Shown here: positions 44,772-56,019 of the stretch, piece by piece
Layout: the number at the start of each line of letters is the position of its first letter
Numbering within the stretch: position 1 is the first letter of the stretch
Source: a virus
Strand: one strand, 5' to 3'
Virus record (IMG/VR): IMGVR_UViG_3300045988_164457
Span: 32,001-96,000 of that record
Length of the DNA: 64,000 bases
Translations under genes and position numbers: made by a program
The notes under the pieces: model-generated
Told to the model about the DNA's origin: nothing
The model's database searches: none
What the model saw: the letters and a program-made list of their open reading frames with translations, nothing else

Positions 44772-47700
44772 TGTATCATCACCTTTTCTTTTTCATTTGT
44801 TTTTACCCATTTGCCATCAATTAATTTGCTTTTATATTTATCATCAAACCAAATATTAAGAATGCTGTTTTCTCTAAATGGTATTGAAGCATATTCATTT
44901 GCAGATATTACCTTTGATTTCATAGTTATGCCTGTTTTTAGATGATAAAGCATAACATAAGGCTTGCATTTGTCCTTATAGACTTTCATTTCAAGAACAT
45001 AATACAAACTCTCTGGAGCTTTGGGATTGGCATAATCTATGTATCCAAGTATTTCCTTTTGATATTGAATAGTTTTTATGAGAGAATTTTTTATGTTAGA
45101 CAAAGAATCCCAATACTCATATAATGCTGTATCATAATCAAATTCTCTATATTGCTTTTCAGTTTCCTTAGAATGATTTTTTATTATTTCAGCTATTTCA
45201 AAATAGACAGAATTTTTACTAAACTGTGTTCTTTCATATAAACTGTCAGTCATTTCAATAAACCTGAGTATTCTTTCATTGTTGCCAAAATCAGAGAAAT
45301 AATTGATTTTTGCCAAGATTTCAATATGACCTTTATTTATAACAGATGATTTTTTTAATGCTTTCCATATATCATAGAAATTATCAAATTTCATTTGACC
45401 TATTGTATATAGTTCATCTGCTACCTTTTGGCTCAATCCTTTAATTGATAACAATGAGGGATAGATACAATGATTGTTCTGATCTGCTTTAAATCGTCTA
45501 TTATCCTCTCCAAACTTATATTTCCCCTCTTCAATCTTAAAGCCTTCACGCATTTCTTGTTTCAGCAACATTACTTTATCTTTGTTTCCTTTATCAGAAT
45601 AATGTTGCAAAAGAACTTCGTAAAACTCATAGGGATAATGGGCTTTAAGATAAGCACAGTAAAGAGAATCCAATGCCATACAATAAGCATGAGCTGAATT
45701 AAATCCATATCCGCAAGAATCTGAAATAATTTGCCATACTTTATTGCTCATCTCTATAGCAGTATTTTCATCAACCTTATCATCTGCAATAATTCTTGCC
45801 TTAAATCCATCTATAAACCTGCTTTTTAAAGGTTTAACCTTTTCAGGATGCTTTTTTGCGATAGCTTTGATAATTCCATAACATTCATCAAGAGGAAATC
45901 CAGCATAGTTTAATGTATTCATTGTCTGTTCCTGATAAAGAATAAACGATTGTGGAAATTCAGGTGTCTGCAAAATATTATCAAATGCCTTAATTCCATA
46001 TTCAAAATGCTCTCTTGTTTCAAATTTTGAATACATTGATTTAAAAGCTGGACGTATCGCTGCAATAAAAGCTGCTAACTCAGATATATTCTGAGGCTTG
46101 AATTTCATTGCTTTTTTAGTAGTAGATTGTTTTTCACACTGATTTATTCCAATCGTCAAGCCCGATGAATAAATATTCCATACCTTTTCATCATTTTTTA
46201 CAAGTTCGGTAAGTTCATTTACAGTATGATGTTTAATGCCTATTCTTTTGTAAAGATTATTTATTAACAAAACCACATCTACTTTAAGCAGGTCATTTTT
46301 GAGAAATTTATATTTTTCAGCTATTGCACCATCAATTACAGTAGTTATATATTCTTTCTTTGTAGTATCACTTTTACACTTTATAAGTCCTACTTCAGAA
46401 CGAATATCTCCTTGATATAATAAATATGCACAGGGTGCTTTCTTTTTATCTGAAATAATTCCCCAATATTTTTTGCTTTGGTCAAGATAGTTATGATAAT
46501 TTTTATCTACATAATCATAAATATCAATCATATCCTTATCTTCATCGTCAGCATTTTTATATGCTTCTTCATAATCTCCAATTTGCTTGGAAATGTTATT
46601 TGCTAATTCAGCTTCCATATTCATTGCTCTTGAATACATCTTAAAAGCAGCTTTCTTTTTCAAAGTTCCAAAAGCAATCATAGGGTATGCGTGACCTTTA
46701 CCGAGAATTTCTTCTTGCGCTTCTGCAAATATTTCAGGATTGCCACAGTTCAGATCAAGATCGGGAAGTGATCTCGTTTCAAGAATACGGCTTTCAGAAA
46801 TAAATCTTTCAGGATAAAGTTTTATAGGAGACTTAAATCTATCTACTTTACTGAATCCACAAAGAGTATTTGTAAAATAGCCAACTCCAGAACCTCTTCC
46901 CGTATCTGTAATAAGTCCACCCTTTTCAATAGCTCTTTTTACTATCTGATAATCTATCAAAGGATAGTCCACCATTTTTGTTTTTTTATAAACATCAACT
47001 TCTTGCTGAACGCTTGTGATATACTTTTTCTTTTCTTCAACCGAAAAATCTTTTATATATTCTTTAAGTTTTGAAGCAATAAGTTTTGTATAAAGTTTGT
47101 TGCGTTCTTCTTGTGTTTTATTTGGATATATTGTAGGTAACTTTATATCATCAGTTAAAATTATATCATCAAAAGTTAGACAAATATCAGTATTATCCAT
47201 AGCAGTTTGAATTTCTTCTTTGGTAAAAACACCTTGTTCAAGAAATCTCTGCATTATTGTATTGTCATCAGGATAATCCATATACCAGCCTTCTTCATCC
47301 TCATAAAAGACTTTATTGGCTTCAAGCAGATTTTGTCTATCTTCTGACTGTTCAGGATAGATATAATGACTATCAAGCCCCACAATCATTTGAATATCAT
47401 TGTTATAAGCAATTTTCTTTATCTTTTTATTTAAGGCAATTTGTTGTGGTGTATTATGATATTGAATTTCAAGCATTAAATTATTCTGAAAGTGTTCTTT
47501 TAATTTTAATACAATTTCTTCAATGTCATCATACTTCCAAAAGGCTATACAAGCTGTTGTAATAAACACATCATTAGATGGTAAAGAAAAGAGTAAATCT
47601 AAATCAAGGCGAGGTCTAAAATAATATCCTGTTTCATTGGCTTCAGATAGAACTTCGTTAATTGCTCTTCTGCCATTTTCATTTTTAGCAAGAATAATTA

Positions 47701-47959
47701 TATGACAATTTGTCTTATCTTTTTCAGCCCTATCTTTTACCCAATACGCTTCTGCACCAAATACAAACTTTAAATTGTATTTTTTTGCAAGTTCAAATGT
47801 TTGATAATAATATCCTTGCCAACCGTGTTCAACACTTGATATTATTTTATGACCTACTTCTACTGCTCTTTTTGCATAATCTTCATTCATTACTGCACTA
47901 TCTGCAATATAAATATTGCTATAAGAAGAATGTCTATGATAGTTCTGCAATTTATTCAC
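44750..47959 (-). CDS. dnaE: DNA polymerase III alpha subunit (PHP + polymerase core)
   Basis: N-terminal PHP motif 'YHRHSSYSNIYIADS...SVEHG'. The 1069-aa length and motifs such as 'GLDSHY', 'PDLDLN' and 'NSAHAYCMA' are consistent. Confidence 0.9.
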   Translation of the reverse strand: MNKLQNYHRHSSYSNIYIADSAVMNEDYAKRAVEVGHKIISSVEHGWQGYYYQTFELAKKYNLKFVFGAEAYWVKDRAEKDKTNCHIIILAKNENGRRAINEVLSEANETGYYFRPRLDLDLLFSLPSNDVFITTACIAFWKYDDIEEIVLKLKEHFQNNLMLEIQYHNTPQQIALNKKIKKIAYNNDIQMIVGLDSHYIYPEQSEDRQNLLEANKVFYEDEEGWYMDYPDDNTIMQRFLEQGVFTKEEIQTAMDNTDICLTFDDIILTDDIKLPTIYPNKTQEERNKLYTKLIASKLKEYIKDFSVEEKKKYITSVQQEVDVYKKTKMVDYPLIDYQIVKRAIEKGGLITDTGRGSGVGYFTNTLCGFSKVDRFKSPIKLYPERFISESRILETRSLPDLDLNCGNPEIFAEAQEEILGKGHAYPMIAFGTLKKKAAFKMYSRAMNMEAELANNISKQIGDYEEAYKNADDEDKDMIDIYDYVDKNYHNYLDQSKKYWGIISDKKKAPCAYLLYQGDIRSEVGLIKCKSDTTKKEYITTVIDGAIAEKYKFLKNDLLKVDVVLLINNLYKRIGIKHHTVNELTELVKNDEKVWNIYSSGLTIGINQCEKQSTTKKAMKFKPQNISELAAFIAAIRPAFKSMYSKFETREHFEYGIKAFDNILQTPEFPQSFILYQEQTMNTLNYAGFPLDECYGIIKAIAKKHPEKVKPLKSRFIDGFKARIIADDKVDENTAIEMSNKVWQIISDSCGYGFNSAHAYCMALDSLYCAYLKAHYPYEFYEVLLQHYSDKGNKDKVMLLKQEMREGFKIEEGKYKFGEDNRRFKADQNNHCIYPSLLSIKGLSQKVADELYTIGQMKFDNFYDIWKALKKSSVINKGHIEILAKINYFSDFGNNERILRFIEMTDSLYERTQFSKNSVYFEIAEIIKNHSKETEKQYREFDYDTALYEYWDSLSNIKNSLIKTIQYQKEILGYIDYANPKAPESLYYVLEMKVYKDKCKPYVMLYHLKTGITMKSKVISANEYASIPFRENSILNIWFDDKYKSKLIDGKWVKTNEKEKVMIHWEVLKN

Positions 47960-49106
47960 CGCCTAAATCTTTTAATAACTCAGATATCTCATCATCTTCG
48001 TTATGGGTTTCGGTATTAAACATTTCCTTTGATTCAAGATATTCATTAAAAGGCTTATGCACTTCTCTTGAATACCCTGAAAGCACTGCTAAATAATATT
48101 CATTTTTTTCATTTACTTCACTCCAGAAGATATGGTCATCTTGTGTATCTTCATATTCCACGGTTTTCTCTTTAATTTCATTTATAATCTTAATTATATC
48201 TGCTTTAAGAGAATCAATATTCTCCTGTTCTAAAGGAAGATATACATAACAATCACTAATGATTATCTTTTCTTTTACGTCATCAGGAAGATTATCAATA
48301 GAATTACAAAGGACAATATCATCAATATAATCATCAGGATTATATCCTAACTTCTTTAACCACATTTTAGCAATACTGGAAAGTTTACTGCCAATTTGAT
48401 TTCTTTCAATTTGACGTTCTTTCCAAGTTCCGTTTGCTTGTAAATACTTAACATTTACATATTTTAAGAATAAATATCTGATTGAAATATGGTCAAGAGG
48501 AATATTAATTTTCTGCCTTATTCCCTCTGCATATAAATATAACTGTCCACTTTCCTTTTCAAGTTTCTCTCCCTTATAAATTGTAGATGTCTTATAGTCA
48601 GTAATTATTATTCTTTTTTCACCATTTTCATCTTTATAAACTCCACAATTATCTATATATCCCTGAAATATAATATCATCAGTAATTTTGATTGTACAAA
48701 ACATTTCAAGAAGCATATTCAAGTTTGTTGGTTTTGTATGATTTCTAAAGAAATGCCTTATACAGTTCTCATATTTATCAGCAATAACAGAATTTTTATC
48801 TTCATCATTTCTATCATATTTATATTCAGCAATATTCATAGTCATAAGACTATCTTCATATTCTTCTATCATTTGATTCTGGTGAATAGAACCATTATAA
48901 TACTTTTCAATAATATCATGGCAATATCCACCGCTTACAGCGTAAATAGAATCTCGCCTATCTTCCTTTACATTCTTTATGTATTTAAGAAAATAAGAAT
49001 AATGGTCAATCTTATATAAATTATATCTTGACCAAGACCACATAAATGGAACTTTATATTTCTTGCATATTGAATTTAATTCTGCTTTTGTTTTTCTTTC
49101 AGCCAT
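47952..49106 (-). CDS. PD-(D/E)XK (RecB/Cas4-like) exonuclease
   Basis: 'QGYIDNCGVY...IIITDYKTS' gives the D...D/ExK core. The gene sits in the replication module. Confidence 0.6.
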   Translation of the reverse strand: MAERKTKAELNSICKKYKVPFMWSWSRYNLYKIDHYSYFLKYIKNVKEDRRDSIYAVSGGYCHDIIEKYYNGSIHQNQMIEEYEDSLMTMNIAEYKYDRNDEDKNSVIADKYENCIRHFFRNHTKPTNLNMLLEMFCTIKITDDIIFQGYIDNCGVYKDENGEKRIIITDYKTSTIYKGEKLEKESGQLYLYAEGIRQKINIPLDHISIRYLFLKYVNVKYLQANGTWKERQIERNQIGSKLSSIAKMWLKKLGYNPDDYIDDIVLCNSIDNLPDDVKEKIIISDCYVYLPLEQENIDSLKADIIKIINEIKEKTVEYEDTQDDHIFWSEVNEKNEYYLAVLSGYSREVHKPFNEYLESKEMFNTETHNEDDEISELLKDLGGE

Positions 49107-50146
49107 TTCAGTAACTCCTTATGTTCTGTTTCATCATACTTAATTTTATATTTCAGCATAAATTCATATTGTTTATTAGGACGATCAGCAGGACTTTCTT
49201 TTTTATCTAAAATTCCCCACTTATCATAAATATAATAAACGTTTCTTATGTCATAGAATTTTTCACATTCTTTTCGGACTTCATTTTGGCTAACATCTTT
49301 ATCAAAAGCAATTATAATATCAACATTTAGTCCAATAAGAATTTTGACTTGTTCATCAGATAATGTATGTGAGCCTATTGATACGCCTGTACCATCTTTT
49401 CGGCTATATCGTTTTAAAGTTGATTTTTCGCTCTCAAATACTACTACATATCTTTTTTCTTGAATTGTTTGATAATTTTCATAAAGCCCATAAATGTTCA
49501 TTCCTTTTGAAAAAGGCTTTATTCCAAAATACTTTGGTATGTCCAAATCATCATAATTTGGAATTGTTGTCCTGCCAACTATTCCAACATATTGATTCTC
49601 ACTTCCACACCAATAATGCCACGGAATAATAATTCGCTTTTTATCATATGAATATCCGATATTGAATTTCTTACAAGCGAAAGGCATTATACCTTCTCTT
49701 ACCCAAGTTATATATGGAAGATTGGTGTATTCTTTTAAAATGCTATCATCATAAATTTCAATATCTTTATTTACAACGCAATAAGTTCTTTTTACTTTCT
49801 TAAAGACATCAAGAACGTCTGTGATTTTCTGCTTTTGTTTTTCTTTTTTATAATTATAATCTAAATTAAGATATTCGTGAATCATTCTATTTGCTTTACC
49901 AAATGAAATATTATTTAACTTCATTATAAGAACAAATATATCTCCGACAAAACTTAAATCAGATGAATTAACTGTTGTAAATAAATTGTCTTTTTTTACT
50001 GTTACCGCAGTTGGATTTGTCTTATCGGGCAAAGCTGCACGATATTCAGAATGATATTCTTTAATATCGTGACAGCCTACCTTTTCTAAGACAAGCGAAA
50101 TTTTGTTATTTTTTATTATATATTCCTTTAATTCGTTTGCATTCAC
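49076..50146 (-). CDS. Toprim-domain DNA primase
   Basis: 'VVVFESEKSTLK' provides the Toprim Glu, followed by 'IIIAFDKD'. GTG start after a TAGGAGTGA RBS. Confidence 0.65.
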   Translation of the reverse strand: MNANELKEYIIKNNKISLVLEKVGCHDIKEYHSEYRAALPDKTNPTAVTVKKDNLFTTVNSSDLSFVGDIFVLIMKLNNISFGKANRMIHEYLNLDYNYKKEKQKQKITDVLDVFKKVKRTYCVVNKDIEIYDDSILKEYTNLPYITWVREGIMPFACKKFNIGYSYDKKRIIIPWHYWCGSENQYVGIVGRTTIPNYDDLDIPKYFGIKPFSKGMNIYGLYENYQTIQEKRYVVVFESEKSTLKRYSRKDGTGVSIGSHTLSDEQVKILIGLNVDIIIAFDKDVSQNEVRKECEKFYDIRNVYYIYDKWGILDKKESPADRPNKQYEFMLKYKIKYDETEHKELLKWLKEKQKQN

Positions 50147-50161
50147 AAAATTTCACTCCTA

Positions 50162-51670
50162 TTAGAAGTCTTGTGTTACATAAGTAATACCAACTTCCTT
50201 CATAATATTTCTTGACATATCGTGTTCAACAACAATCTGGAACTGATTTGCTGAACCTTCACGATTTTTTACAATAAAGATTATCTGATAATGCTTATCT
50301 GGATTAAGTTGAACTGGTATTTTACTTTTACCATTCTTACCTTCAAGACGGAAAACCTTTAGTGGATTCTTACCTCCCGATTTTTCATCATCAAACAAAT
50401 CTCTTATCATTATATTGGTGCTTGCAACATCGGTTATATTCTTTGCTATACCTGTATTATCTTGTGTATAATATCTTTGCTTTGCTGAACCTTTCGCAAG
50501 CTGAAATGTAATTAAAATATGTACATCTTTATTAGCTTCTTTAATGGTATCTTGAATATCTACCATTGCCTGAGACATCGCCATTGCATTAGCCGAGCTT
50601 TCAAAGACTTTACTTCCTGCATCAGCCTTAAAAGTATCAAGCATAAAATACTTAACACCCATTCCAGCGTATTTTTTTATTATTTTAATTGCTGAATCGG
50701 TCTTATATCTTTGGAAAGGAATAATTGTAATAGTATGATTTTGAGAAATTTCCTTTATCCATCCAGTACATTTTTTTAGCAAAATCCATATATCATCTGA
50801 ATACTTACCATTACGAAGTACAAATTTCTGCAAATCTTCTTTAAAAATATTATTTGCACACCAAATAATCATTTCTCTCTGCCATTTGCTAAGACCATCC
50901 TCGTTTACCATTATTACAATCTTTTCGTTATTTTCAATAATACTTGGTAAAGTAGAACTTCTTGCAAAAGTGGACTTACCTACATTTGAAAGACCACCTA
51001 CAAGAGTTATATTTCCATGTAGCTGACCTCCTGTTTCGGCTGTAAGCATTGGCATATTATGATATGGTAAACCTACTGCCTGCCCTTCATTCAAATCGTC
51101 AAGTAATTCATCAATCTTATAATCAAGAGAATAACTATTGACATCTCCATTAATGTTTACAAATGTATGATTAAGAAAAGTTTCAAGTTCTGAATAAATT
51201 TCATCTGCTGACATATCAGAATAATCAGACAATTTATCAGACACTGGAAAACCGTATTTAATTAATCGTAATACAACATTCCACTTATTAAGGTCTTGAA
51301 TGTATCCATCAATATTATTTACCTTAACATAACTTGTGGCATCAACAATTTTTTGCCAACCGCCATATTCGTCATATTTTTCTTTTAATTTATCGTGCTT
51401 TTCAAGATAAAACCCTACTGTTATTTCATCAAGCGATGGTTTCTTTTCTTTGACAACTATATCGTGTGCAATCTGATAATATACCTTCCACGCATTTTCA
51501 GAAATATCTTCAAGTTTTACTTCATAATCAAACAGCAATTCGGGGTTTTTATAAAAAATTGAAACAATATTTGCTTCACACGACAATTTATATTCTTTAA
51601 CCCTTTTGGCTACTTTTAATTGTTCTTCTTGAAAAGGCGTAAGTTTAGTTTTTTCCTTACCACAGCTCAT
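50162..51670 (-). CDS. DnaB-like replicative helicase
   Basis: Walker A 'LVGGLSNVGKST' and 'FMLDTF'. The start was set at the internal Met (51670) to limit overlap with the upstream gene. Confidence 0.8.
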   Translation of the reverse strand: MSCGKEKTKLTPFQEEQLKVAKRVKEYKLSCEANIVSIFYKNPELLFDYEVKLEDISENAWKVYYQIAHDIVVKEKKPSLDEITVGFYLEKHDKLKEKYDEYGGWQKIVDATSYVKVNNIDGYIQDLNKWNVVLRLIKYGFPVSDKLSDYSDMSADEIYSELETFLNHTFVNINGDVNSYSLDYKIDELLDDLNEGQAVGLPYHNMPMLTAETGGQLHGNITLVGGLSNVGKSTFARSSTLPSIIENNEKIVIMVNEDGLSKWQREMIIWCANNIFKEDLQKFVLRNGKYSDDIWILLKKCTGWIKEISQNHTITIIPFQRYKTDSAIKIIKKYAGMGVKYFMLDTFKADAGSKVFESSANAMAMSQAMVDIQDTIKEANKDVHILITFQLAKGSAKQRYYTQDNTGIAKNITDVASTNIMIRDLFDDEKSGGKNPLKVFRLEGKNGKSKIPVQLNPDKHYQIIFIVKNREGSANQFQIVVEHDMSRNIMKEVGITYVTQDF

Positions 51671-52109
51671 TAAACTTATCCTTTGCTTCTGTTGTTTCTG
51701 ACTTATATTCTGCTTTATCATTTGTATGGCTTTCAAAAGAAAGTTTATTTATTTCCTGTGTAGCCTTTTCACGTTCTTTCATCTTGATAACGACATTATT
51801 TATTTCTTGTTCAATAAACATCATAATCAGATTTATTTTATGTCGTTCATCAGTGATCTTAGCAGAATTGTTGTAAAAATAATTCTTTATTTTAGGACTA
51901 CACAATTTACTTGCTATAAGAATTTGCTCATATGTATAAGAAGCATTGGGGTTTTGACGTTTATTTGATATAAAATTTCCTTCTGCAAGTCCTTTAAATC
52001 TCAATGCAAGAAACTTTGGAAATTTCATATCAGAAGAATAACCAAGTAATTCATACTTAGCATAATCACATAACATATGCCAATCATTTTTTTCTTTTTC
52101 AGTCATCAA
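51657..52109 (-). CDS. Hypothetical replication-module protein
   Basis: 150-aa ORF between the ATPase and the helicase. Confidence 0.5.
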   Translation of the reverse strand: MMTEKEKNDWHMLCDYAKYELLGYSSDMKFPKFLALRFKGLAEGNFISNKRQNPNASYTYEQILIASKLCSPKIKNYFYNNSAKITDERHKINLIMMFIEQEINNVVIKMKEREKATQEINKLSFESHTNDKAEYKSETTEAKDKFNELW

Positions 52110-52189
52110 TTCACCGCCTGTACCAAACCTGTACCAAATAAGAGGACAGAACTAATTCCTCTGCCCTCTGTCTAAACTCAATACGACTT

Positions 52190-53182
52190 TTACCTCAGAG
52201 ACTTTGTAAGATCAAGAAGTTCCTTGAGTACGTCTGGGTCTTCTGCTGTCATATTCTTTACATTCAGATTATTTTCCTTGATAAAGGTGTTAATCTGCTT
52301 AATAGCACTTGTGTTTTTATTATCAGTAATTGACTTCATAATTGATTTCCATTCAATAACAATAGCTTCTGCTTTATCGTCCTTATCAATCATATCCTCA
52401 GTTGACTTATCAAGATCATTACGATAAGAAGTCTTAAGGGTATCAAGCTTGGAAATACCATCAAAGAAATCCTTCCACATATCATAACAAGGATTTTCGA
52501 TAACGCTGCCTACCTTAGTAACTCCTGTTCTATCCTTAATTACTTCTGCATAATAAGTACAACCATCGTCATCCTTGTTCTTCTTTTTAAAGAAGCGAAG
52601 CACAACATCATAGTCAAAACCTACACTCTTATGCATATCAGGCTTATATCCGATTACCTTTTCGCCCTTATCATCCTTAATTTCTACCTGCTGTGCAATA
52701 GAAACAATGTGCATACCCTTTGATGAAAGGTCAATCTTTGCCTGCTGGAACTTCATATTGATAAGCTTAATTCTGCCCCACTGTTTAACAGAAATACCAG
52801 CATCATCAATATCTCCACCCTTGCGTCTCGCTCTGCGTTCTTCTACTTCAAGAGCTGAAATCTGCATAGTAGAATAAAACTTTGTTTCAGAGTCGATTGA
52901 AAGAGTGCTGATTTTGCCTTCATACTCACCATCAAGAAAAGCATCAAGGTCTTCTTCGAGAGTATCAAGGTCGGATGTGTTATCTACAAGCTTTAAATTA
53001 TTATATGTCTTACCATTATTAAGGGTAATAGCTTTGCCTTCATAAAAGCCAATACCTGCCTCACTGTCAATGCAAGCTACATTAGGGAAAGTCAACTGAA
53101 ACCATGACTTTCCAGAGCCTGTTTCACCATATGCGAGGAACTTGCCACCTATTTTATTTGCTTTCGCTTCTCTAAATCCCAT
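52190..53182 (-). CDS. Sak4-like/AAA_24 recombination ATPase
   Basis: 'FLAYGETGSGKSWFQLTFPNVACIDSE' (P-loop followed by 'iDsE') is typical of AAA_24. Confidence 0.7.
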   Translation of the reverse strand: MGFREAKANKIGGKFLAYGETGSGKSWFQLTFPNVACIDSEAGIGFYEGKAITLNNGKTYNNLKLVDNTSDLDTLEEDLDAFLDGEYEGKISTLSIDSETKFYSTMQISALEVEERRARRKGGDIDDAGISVKQWGRIKLINMKFQQAKIDLSSKGMHIVSIAQQVEIKDDKGEKVIGYKPDMHKSVGFDYDVVLRFFKKKNKDDDGCTYYAEVIKDRTGVTKVGSVIENPCYDMWKDFFDGISKLDTLKTSYRNDLDKSTEDMIDKDDKAEAIVIEWKSIMKSITDNKNTSAIKQINTFIKENNLNVKNMTAEDPDVLKELLDLTKSLR

Positions 53183-53205
53183 ATTATGTACCTACCTTTC
53201 TCAAA

Positions 53206-54414
53206 TTACGCAAGATCGTTAAGAAGATTAAGAAGATCATCATCCTCATCTTCAGTATCAGTTGTTACGCCTGTATCATCTGTTGTTTCTTCTGCTTCTG
53301 CATCATCAAGATTAAGGGTTGCAAGATATGCTTCAAAGAACGAAAGATCATTAGGTTTATATTTCTTAGTATCACGAGATGCTGTAGGCTTTCTTGTTTC
53401 TCCTTCTCCAACATATGTAATAGCAGGCTTTGTAATAATCATTCTCTTTTCTTTGCTTGTATTTCCAACAGCACACTTAGCAAGTGCTTCTTCCTCAGTA
53501 TAAAGATCAAGTTCAATAAGTTCCTTAATATCATCAGGAATATCATCTGCTGTAATATTAACTATTGAACCTCCTTCAACAAGATTACCTTCGACAGTAA
53601 TTTCAATTATCTCATTCTTCTTTGCCTTGTAAAGCTTTGCAATTTGTCTTGCCGTCAGTTCGGGATTTTCATTTATTTCAAGTTCATATGTAACAGGGAT
53701 TGTAAAATTCTGCTTGACCTCTATCTTTTTACCGTTAATCTTTGGCTTACCGATATAATCAATAACATATGCAGAAACAGGAATTGTATTCTTTGTCTTA
53801 TCAGGCTTTCCAATGCTTCCATCATCAAGAAGAATTGTTTGTGTAAATGTTGCCTTATACTTATCAGGCTCGCACTTAGAAAGAACAAAACTTGTTATCT
53901 TCTTCTTAATATAAACTCTTTCGCCATCAGTTTCATATATGATATTTCCCTTAACATTTACAACTGTTTCATCTGTAAGATGTTCATTAAGATATTCAAC
54001 AGCATCATAAGCAGTAATAAAGCTCTTATAAAATGTATTACCCTTTTCATCCTTTTCAATACCAACAGTAATAAAATCACCTCTTGCTATTGTTTCAAGA
54101 ATATCCTTATCATTTCTATCTTCCCAATCAATAGTAAATTTATTATCATAATCGTCAACAGTCTTATTATTTTCATCCTGCTTAACACCATGAACATTAA
54201 TCTTATTTTCTTTATTTGGGAAATATCCACTTGACATTTCTACAAATACTATATTTCCATTTCCACAGTCAATGCCAATATTCATTATATTGGAAGTCCA
54301 ACCACTATCATATGTATGGTCAAGATCAAAAGTATAATCATTTACCTTTGCTTTGCCAATAAGATTAAAAGTTGCCTTACCCTTTTTAAGTGCAGTAGTG
54401 TTCTTTTCTGCCAT
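53206..54414 (-). CDS. Putative ssDNA-binding protein
   Basis: Only two clues support this: its position next to the Sak4-like gene and its highly acidic C-terminal tail 'TDTEDEDDDLLNLLNDLA'. Confidence 0.35.
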   Translation of the reverse strand: MAEKNTTALKKGKATFNLIGKAKVNDYTFDLDHTYDSGWTSNIMNIGIDCGNGNIVFVEMSSGYFPNKENKINVHGVKQDENNKTVDDYDNKFTIDWEDRNDKDILETIARGDFITVGIEKDEKGNTFYKSFITAYDAVEYLNEHLTDETVVNVKGNIIYETDGERVYIKKKITSFVLSKCEPDKYKATFTQTILLDDGSIGKPDKTKNTIPVSAYVIDYIGKPKINGKKIEVKQNFTIPVTYELEINENPELTARQIAKLYKAKKNEIIEITVEGNLVEGGSIVNITADDIPDDIKELIELDLYTEEEALAKCAVGNTSKEKRMIITKPAITYVGEGETRKPTASRDTKKYKPNDLSFFEAYLATLNLDDAEAEETTDDTGVTTDTEDEDDDLLNLLNDLA

Positions 54415-54543
54415 AAATTCAAAATCCTTTCAATATGTATAATTTAATAATTTTAACGCTTATATTATTATTTACTCACAATTTTAAAATTCAATAAAAT
54501 CTTGGTTTAGTTGCGTTCTGTCTCTCGCCCTATAACCCATAAC

Positions 54544-54813
54544 TCAATTCCCTCCTCGGTAAAATATGGGTGTCATTATTGTATAGCCACAATCTTCGCA
54601 AGAGTAATAATATTCATCACTACTATTCTTAATGTGAGAAGAACTTACAAATTTATAATGACCGCCACATTCAGAACAAATGCCGTTATTATATTCTTCT
54701 TCGGACTGATTTGTTTCAATCATTCCACAAATGATACCTAATGCTATCGGAATAATAAAGAAAAACAAAATAACGTTTATAATCTCCTTTATTAGTTCTT
54801 TAGCATTACCCAT
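54544..54813 (-). CDS. TM plus zinc-ribbon small protein
   Basis: One hydrophobic helix is followed by 'CSECGGH...CEDCGY'. Confidence 0.45.
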   Translation of the reverse strand: MGNAKELIKEIINVILFFFIIPIALGIICGMIETNQSEEEYNNGICSECGGHYKFVSSSHIKNSSDEYYYSCEDCGYTIMTPIFYRGGN

Positions 54814-55129
54814 AAATTCTATTTATTCCATATTCAACAGCACACTGGTGTTCTATCTTACAACCTCTTGCCGTATCCCAACCAAAGCAGAAATAAGCAA
54901 CGTCAGCATCTGCAAGAAGTTCAACAGCCTTAGAAAGATACTTTAAAGGAATACTCCCACCTGTTGGGTTATAGTCCTCAAAATAACTATCAATAATCTC
55001 AACTTCTCTGTTAGGGAAAATCTTCTTGACCTTATCAATAGCAAGATTTCTTTCTGTAAGAATTTCTTCCTCTGTCTTATCTCTCATTACCTGAGAAATA
55101 AATACCTTAATTGGCTTTGTCTCAGCCAT
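54806..55129 (-). CDS. DUF4406 / nucleoside 2-deoxyribosyltransferase-like protein
   Basis: 'KVFISQVMRDKTEEE' and 'DADVAYFCFGWDTARGCKIEHQCAVEYG' fit the DUF4406 pattern. The start was set at the ATG after an AAAGGAG RBS. Confidence 0.55.
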   Translation of the reverse strand: MAETKPIKVFISQVMRDKTEEEILTERNLAIDKVKKIFPNREVEIIDSYFEDYNPTGGSIPLKYLSKAVELLADADVAYFCFGWDTARGCKIEHQCAVEYGINRIYG

Positions 55130-55149
55130 TTTGACCACTCCTTTTACAA

Positions 55150-55184
55150 AATAAAAATATCTATATAAACGTCCTTTCGGACGG
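55150..55184 (-). terminator. Possible terminator
   Basis: On the minus strand: CGTCC-GAAA-GGACG followed by TTTATATAGATATTTTTATTTT. It is flanked by the direct repeat ATCTATATAAAC. Confidence 0.35.
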
Positions 55185-55231
55185 AATTAAGATGAAATCT
55201 ATATAAACAGCTTAGAGCTGATTAATAATAT

Positions 55232-55999
55232 TTAATAATCTGATGATTCAAATAAATCACCAATCATATCAGGATTGTTTGTTTTATTTCCCATTATTTC
55301 AAAATGCCTACACATTTTAGGATTAAGATAATATAATTCATCACGATTAAGCAATACAAAACATTTCTCACTGCTCTCATATGTCACAACACCTTTTATA
55401 TCACAATATGAAGAATTACTCATTCCATATAGTATGTCTCCTTCTTGAATCTTTATATTATAAGTATCATAACATTTTGTAAGATTATTGACTTTTTCAT
55501 TGCTTTGTTTTTTATATCTATATCTATATCTATCTCTATTTACAGACCTAAACATCATAAGCAACATTTCTGAGATAGGACGTTCTCGATCGAAGCGTTT
55601 AGCCTTTTTAATAATTTTCATTACTTCATTATCATCGAGTATCATAACACCAATTTTATAAGGAATTTCATCTTTAACTTTTTCATAAACTTGATTGAGC
55701 ATAACATAGTAATTATAATCGCCAATAAAATTATGCCCATTCTTAGAATAAAAATCCTCTACAGATGATTTTATTTCATAACAATAAAAATCACCTTTTT
55801 CTATTCCCGAAATAGTGTTATTTACGGGGACAAATCGCATATAATCCACTCTGATTTGATTAAGTGTTCCATAGTCAAATGTAACTTCTTTAGACCAATA
55901 AATACGAGGGTCATTCTTAGGATTTATGTAATGTTCTAATGCTTTAAATAAAAGTTGTGTTATCTCTTTTCTATCAGACACATTTTCACCTCCCACCAC
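55232..55999 (-). CDS. MmcB-like PD-(D/E)XK nuclease-fold protein
   Basis: 'RVDYMRFV...GDFYCYEIKSSVEDF' supplies the D...ExK motif. The true start may be the GTG at 55981, after a GGAGGTGA RBS. Confidence 0.45.
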   Translation of the reverse strand: MVGGENVSDRKEITQLLFKALEHYINPKNDPRIYWSKEVTFDYGTLNQIRVDYMRFVPVNNTISGIEKGDFYCYEIKSSVEDFYSKNGHNFIGDYNYYVMLNQVYEKVKDEIPYKIGVMILDDNEVMKIIKKAKRFDRERPISEMLLMMFRSVNRDRYRYRYKKQSNEKVNNLTKCYDTYNIKIQEGDILYGMSNSSYCDIKGVVTYESSEKCFVLLNRDELYYLNPKMCRHFEIMGNKTNNPDMIGDLFESSDY

Positions 56000-56019
56000 A
56001 AAACATTTCTTTTATTGTA

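Noticed and set aside
53644-54234. 196-aa plus-strand ORF antisense to the 402-aa SSB-like gene
   Set aside because: Its composition is rich in I, L, F, N and C, which is typical of antisense frames in AT-rich coding DNA. It lies inside a well-packed minus-strand operon.
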